Virus record (IMG/VR): IMGVR_UViG_2713896909_000006
DNA length: 10,206 nt
Source: a virus
Lineage: Duplodnaviria > Heunggongvirae > Uroviricota > Caudoviricetes
Strand: one strand, 5' to 3'
The notes under the pieces are model-generated. The model was given only the letters and a program-made list of their open reading frames with translations, did not search any database and was not told where the DNA came from. The position numbers were made by a program, and so were the translations under genes. Positions 7,014-10,206 of this stretch are shown piece by piece (position 1 is the first letter of the stretch; every line of letters begins with the position of its first letter).

Positions 7014-8243
7014 TCAACCACCAACGCTACCTTTCCCCACCAGCGCTTTAATGGCAGAGGTGTCTTCCAGGATACAGTCAAAACGATGGAAGGCCAGAAA
7101 ACCGGTCTGATCATATTCCGCGTAACGCTCAACCAGACGTTTAAGAATCATGTATCGCACACGACGGATAATGAAGCGATCAAAGTCACCACAGAACATG
7201 AATTTTTTACCCGCCCCGATATCATCAATTTCCTGATCAATGACATACGGTACATTCAACACTGAAGCAGGTGCCACACCAACAATATCCGGCAACCATA
7301 AAGGGCGTCCCTGACCGTCTTCCATCTCACTGATCAGTTTCAGCGTATTATCGTTAAACGCCAGGCGGAATTTAGGTCCGCGACGATATGCAGGATCAAT
7401 GCTGTGTTTCAGAGCCAGAATTTCCTGCCACTTCACCGCATTTGCCGCGGCAGTCTGTGTTGTGCCGGTCACTGATGCTGCCAGCCCTTTGGGTTGTTTA
7501 GGCGTACCAGCCCCCGTCCCCTGAATCAGATAACGGGCTTCACCACGACCAATACGTTCAGCAATGCGACGGGCAAGATAAGCTTCCATATCGATCGCAC
7601 TGTCCTGCAGCAACTCATTAGACACACGAATTATTTTCGATGTCATTTTGAGCGCCCCAAGGCTTCCCATACCGAAATCGGTGTCTTCTTCACCGGCTTC
7701 TTCATTTTCGCCCAGCAGAACACCAACTTCGGAAGTACCATCAGCTGTTGCCCACTCCATAGTGCGACCGTCAGAAGTGGTAAGAATCTGCGCCACACTG
7801 GCGATGCCACCGTAGGATTTCATCTTCTCAACAACTTTCGCCAGGAATGTTTCTGGTACGGTATATCCGCCCTTTTCATCCTGAGCTACGCCCTGGGCAC
7901 GAAGTTCACGCAACGCCTTTCGTTCTTCTGATGTCAGCTCACTGGCACCGTGACGCATCCACTTATCAAAAACCTGAGCTCGTTTCTCATCCTGTTGCGG
8001 ATTGTTTTCCGGATCAAGATTCTGACGCTGCTCTTCCTCATTGCTTTCAATGTACGCTTGATCCTGACGACGCAGTTCTTCTTCGCGTGCAATTCGTTCA
8101 TCAAGCGCTTCCAGTTCGGATTTTGCTTTGTTCCACTCAGTGCGCTGCTCTTCCGTCCATGCGTTATCACCAATTTTTTCATTCAGGGCGCGCATGTCAG
8201 TTGCGATAGTATTACGTTTCTGTTTCAGTTCATGCAGTTTCAT
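7014..8243 (-). CDS. Major capsid protein, HK97 fold, with N-terminal scaffold-like (delta) domain
   Basis: 409-aa ORF with AAGGA 7 nt upstream of ATG 8243, directly after the protease gene. The first ~110 aa are highly charged and helical (MKLHELKQKRNTIATDMRALNEKIGDNAWTEEQRTEWNKAKSELEALDERIAREEELRRQ...), as in HK97 gp5 delta domains, followed by a capsid-like core. Confidence 0.85.
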   Translation of the reverse strand: MKLHELKQKRNTIATDMRALNEKIGDNAWTEEQRTEWNKAKSELEALDERIAREEELRRQDQAYIESNEEEQRQNLDPENNPQQDEKRAQVFDKWMRHGASELTSEERKALRELRAQGVAQDEKGGYTVPETFLAKVVEKMKSYGGIASVAQILTTSDGRTMEWATADGTSEVGVLLGENEEAGEEDTDFGMGSLGALKMTSKIIRVSNELLQDSAIDMEAYLARRIAERIGRGEARYLIQGTGAGTPKQPKGLAASVTGTTQTAAANAVKWQEILALKHSIDPAYRRGPKFRLAFNDNTLKLISEMEDGQGRPLWLPDIVGVAPASVLNVPYVIDQEIDDIGAGKKFMFCGDFDRFIIRRVRYMILKRLVERYAEYDQTGFLAFHRFDCILEDTSAIKALVGKGSVGG

Positions 8244-8253
8244 GATGTTTCCT

Positions 8254-8856
8254 TTACGCGTTAAGAAGGGTCAGGACGCGTTCACGCGCCATACGTTGAT
8301 TAATGGCTTTCTGTAGCGCGCCGCTGTTGCGCGCCTCCTGCCATGCTTTCATGGAGCGAACAGCCGAGTCAGCCTCCTGATAGGCAGGATATGTCACAGG
8401 ACTGACATCCAGCAGACGGGAAAAGCGGGTTATCTCGCGAATAACAACCCCGTCCTCATCCTGATACCACTCCTCGCCGTCACGGGCGACACGGAAAGCA
8501 AAAGATGACTGGTTAATATCTCCACGTTGCATCGGGGCCAGCACCAGATCACGAATGGTCTGTGTCTCCGGAGCCTGGATGTCATAGCGCAATCCGCGCT
8601 CATCAACTGAAAGATTCAGCGTGCCTGCTGCACTACGCCCAAGAATAAAATTAGGATCGTGGTTAAACAGTGCGCGTACATCATCACCAAGCACATCGTC
8701 AAAAGCGCCGGGCCGGATGATTTCGCGGAATGAACCGAATATCAGCTCAGAACGACAGTCAAACACCGATCCATAACCGATAATGTGCGCCGGGTTATCG
8801 TCATGCCGCTCAGCACGCACCTCACCGCTGTAACAACGGATTTCACGGTCATTCAT
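8254..8856 (-). CDS. Prohead protease (HK97 gp4 family)
   Basis: Track ORF 8254..8913; the likely start is ATG 8856..8854 (MNDREIRCYSGEV...) with GAGGG 8-9 nt upstream and an 8-nt overlap with the portal stop. Motifs IIGYGSVFD, RPGAFDDVL and LFNHDPNFILGRS match the HK97-family prohead protease. Confidence 0.8.
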   Translation of the reverse strand: MNDREIRCYSGEVRAERHDDNPAHIIGYGSVFDCRSELIFGSFREIIRPGAFDDVLGDDVRALFNHDPNFILGRSAAGTLNLSVDERGLRYDIQAPETQTIRDLVLAPMQRGDINQSSFAFRVARDGEEWYQDEDGVVIREITRFSRLLDVSPVTYPAYQEADSAVRSMKAWQEARNSGALQKAINQRMARERVLTLLNA

Positions 8857-9959
8857 TGGTTTTTCCCTCATCGTTTTTTGGGGGCTTAAAATCTCCTGCC
8901 GGGTTAGCAGCATTCACGCTTACCAGCATCTCGTCCAGCCCTTCAACCGGATTCATATCCTCGAATGCGCGGGCCTCATTACGGCTCATCCATCCATCGG
9001 TGATAGCGAAGTGATAGAATTGCGCGCGCTCCTGCGGAGTTCCGCGTAAAAGCCCCGTCAGATTGAACCTGACGTAATACCCGGCGGCTAACTCAGCGCG
9101 GGTAAACAAGCGACGGTTAAGCTCCTGCTCCCAGTTCGTCACCCACGGCATCATCGATCATCATGTCAATGATCTGAGCGTCAACTGGCGACACAGTCAG
9201 TGCCTTGTAATCCAGATCGGCTGGCAGCAGCATGGTTTTGTTTTCCTGGCGGCGTAACGCCTGCGATGCCTTCTGCCACTGATCTTTAAGCCAGCCCCAG
9301 CTTTCCTTATTGAGTCCGCTTTTAACGGATACTATCCCCGCCGGACGGGCATTACCGCTGAAGAAGCTTTCTGTGTACTTCTGACCGCTCATCCCCATGC
9401 CTATTGTTTCGGCATGTTGCATAATCGGACTCAGCCCCATCTTCTGATTATTACCCAGCGCACGGATGTGGATCATATCGTCCGGACTGATCGCAAACGC
9501 CCCATATTCGTTGTACAAACCGTAGGTATATCGGCCACCAGTATTCATCAGCGTCGTTTCCCACGGCATACAGCAATCCAGGGATATGACTTCACCGCGA
9601 CGATTACGTTTCACCCAGGTATACCCATTCCCCCAGCCAAGGATGTGACGTTGCTTCAGTTCGCGCCATTTGTAGCTGGTTTGCCAGGTATTGGGCTCAT
9701 CATGAACCAGATAAAACGCAGGATGATCGCGTGCGGGTTCAACCTTCCCCTTGTACCTGCGCATAACATGCAACGGCATCTGGGCAAGGCTGGAAGACAG
9801 GACATAGATACAGGAATACACCGCAGCCAGTTTCATCGCAGTCTCAGGACTGACATAAACGTCTGCCCGGAACAGCCCATCAGTATCAACGGCATCCCCG
9901 GTTATCGGGGTGGAAGGATTCTCCAGTGATTTACTTCTGAACAGAGCATCAAGCAGCAC
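8849..9959 (-). pseudogene. Portal protein (HK97 family), reading frame disrupted; track fragments 9117..10007 and 8849..9154
   Basis: The N-terminal part (...SPETAMKLAAVYSCIYVLSSSLAQMPLHVMRR...) and the C-terminal part (PWVTNWEQELNRRLF...GYYVRFNLTGLLRG...) are both portal-like but lie in different frames that overlap at 9120..9157. The junction carries a 7-nt tandem repeat, GATGATC (9162..9156) and GATGATG (9155..9149). The likely start is GTG 9959 with AAGGGGGA upstream; the track's GTG 10007 adds an implausible W-rich N-terminus. Confidence 0.7.
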
Positions 9960-10110
9960 GCGTCCCCCTTCTGGCCATAGCCAGTGCGCCCACCAGCAGT
10001 AAAGCACCGGACAAAATCAGAGCCGGAGCCATACCAAACTGCAGGTAAACCCCGCACGTAAGCAGGCCAAAACCAGCCAGCCCGATAACATCAGCAATTA
10101 GTGATTTCAT
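9949..10110 (-). CDS. Small hydrophobic protein, two predicted transmembrane helices, unknown function
   Basis: 53-codon ORF not in the track: [53 protein letters not shown]. Its ATG (10110..10108) overlaps the stop of the upstream ORF (ATGA), and its TGA (9951..9949) overlaps the proposed portal start. No other frame is open across 10017..10107. Confidence 0.4.
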
Positions 10111-10206
10111 AGAATTAAGAGATCATCGTCCGGATCAAGAGATGAGAGGAAATCGTCAGGTTCTTTGAGCATTGCCCGACCGATCGTCATAATCAGTGCA
10201 ACCGCA
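10107..10206 (-). CDS. 3' end of an upstream gene (possibly terminase large subunit), partial
   Basis: Minus-strand frame open from the window edge to TGA at 10109..10107: ...[32 protein letters not shown]. Too short to identify; the terminase suggestion rests only on HK97-type gene order. Confidence 0.3.

Noticed and set aside
7494-8316. Plus-strand ORFs 7494..7931, 7847..8209, 7950..8264, 8128..8316 and minus-strand 7934..8182 overlapping the major capsid gene
   Set aside because: Embedded in the capsid ORF, which has a clear SD and delta domain; the alternative frames are Phe/Leu/Cys-rich low-complexity sequence.
9414-9929. Plus-strand ORF 9414..9929 (171 aa)
   Set aside because: Antisense to the N-terminal portal fragment, which carries recognisable portal sequence.
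1-10206. Scanned for tRNA/rRNA genes, CRISPR repeat-spacer arrays and IS-element terminal inverted repeats
   Set aside because: No regularly spaced direct repeats, no cloverleaf-like conserved tRNA motifs and no transposase-like ORFs were seen; the window is fully accounted for by the structural operon plus the one cargo gene.

Overview
The whole 10.2-kb window is one co-directional (minus-strand) block of a prophage virion-morphogenesis operon in an enterobacterial-type genome (about 50-55% GC by eye, tightly packed genes with 1-26 nt start/stop overlaps). Read 5'->3' on the minus strand (high to low coordinates) it contains: the end of an upstream gene (possibly terminase), a small 2-TM ORF, an HK97-type head module (portal, which is frame-disrupted; prohead protease; major capsid protein; gp6-like connector; head-closure protein), then a Mu-like contractile-tail module (gp36/37/38-like proteins, sheath, tube, G/GT-type chaperone with a -1 slippery heptamer, tape measure) and the start of a Mu gpN-like baseplate gene. 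Between tape measure and gpN sits one strongly AT-rich cargo gene (moron) encoding a signal-peptide protein, with a -10-like element upstream and a hairpin plus T-run downstream; this is the best candidate for something new. No rRNA/tRNA genes, CRISPR arrays or transposable elements were seen. All product names come from my recognition of protein motifs and gene order; no database search was run.
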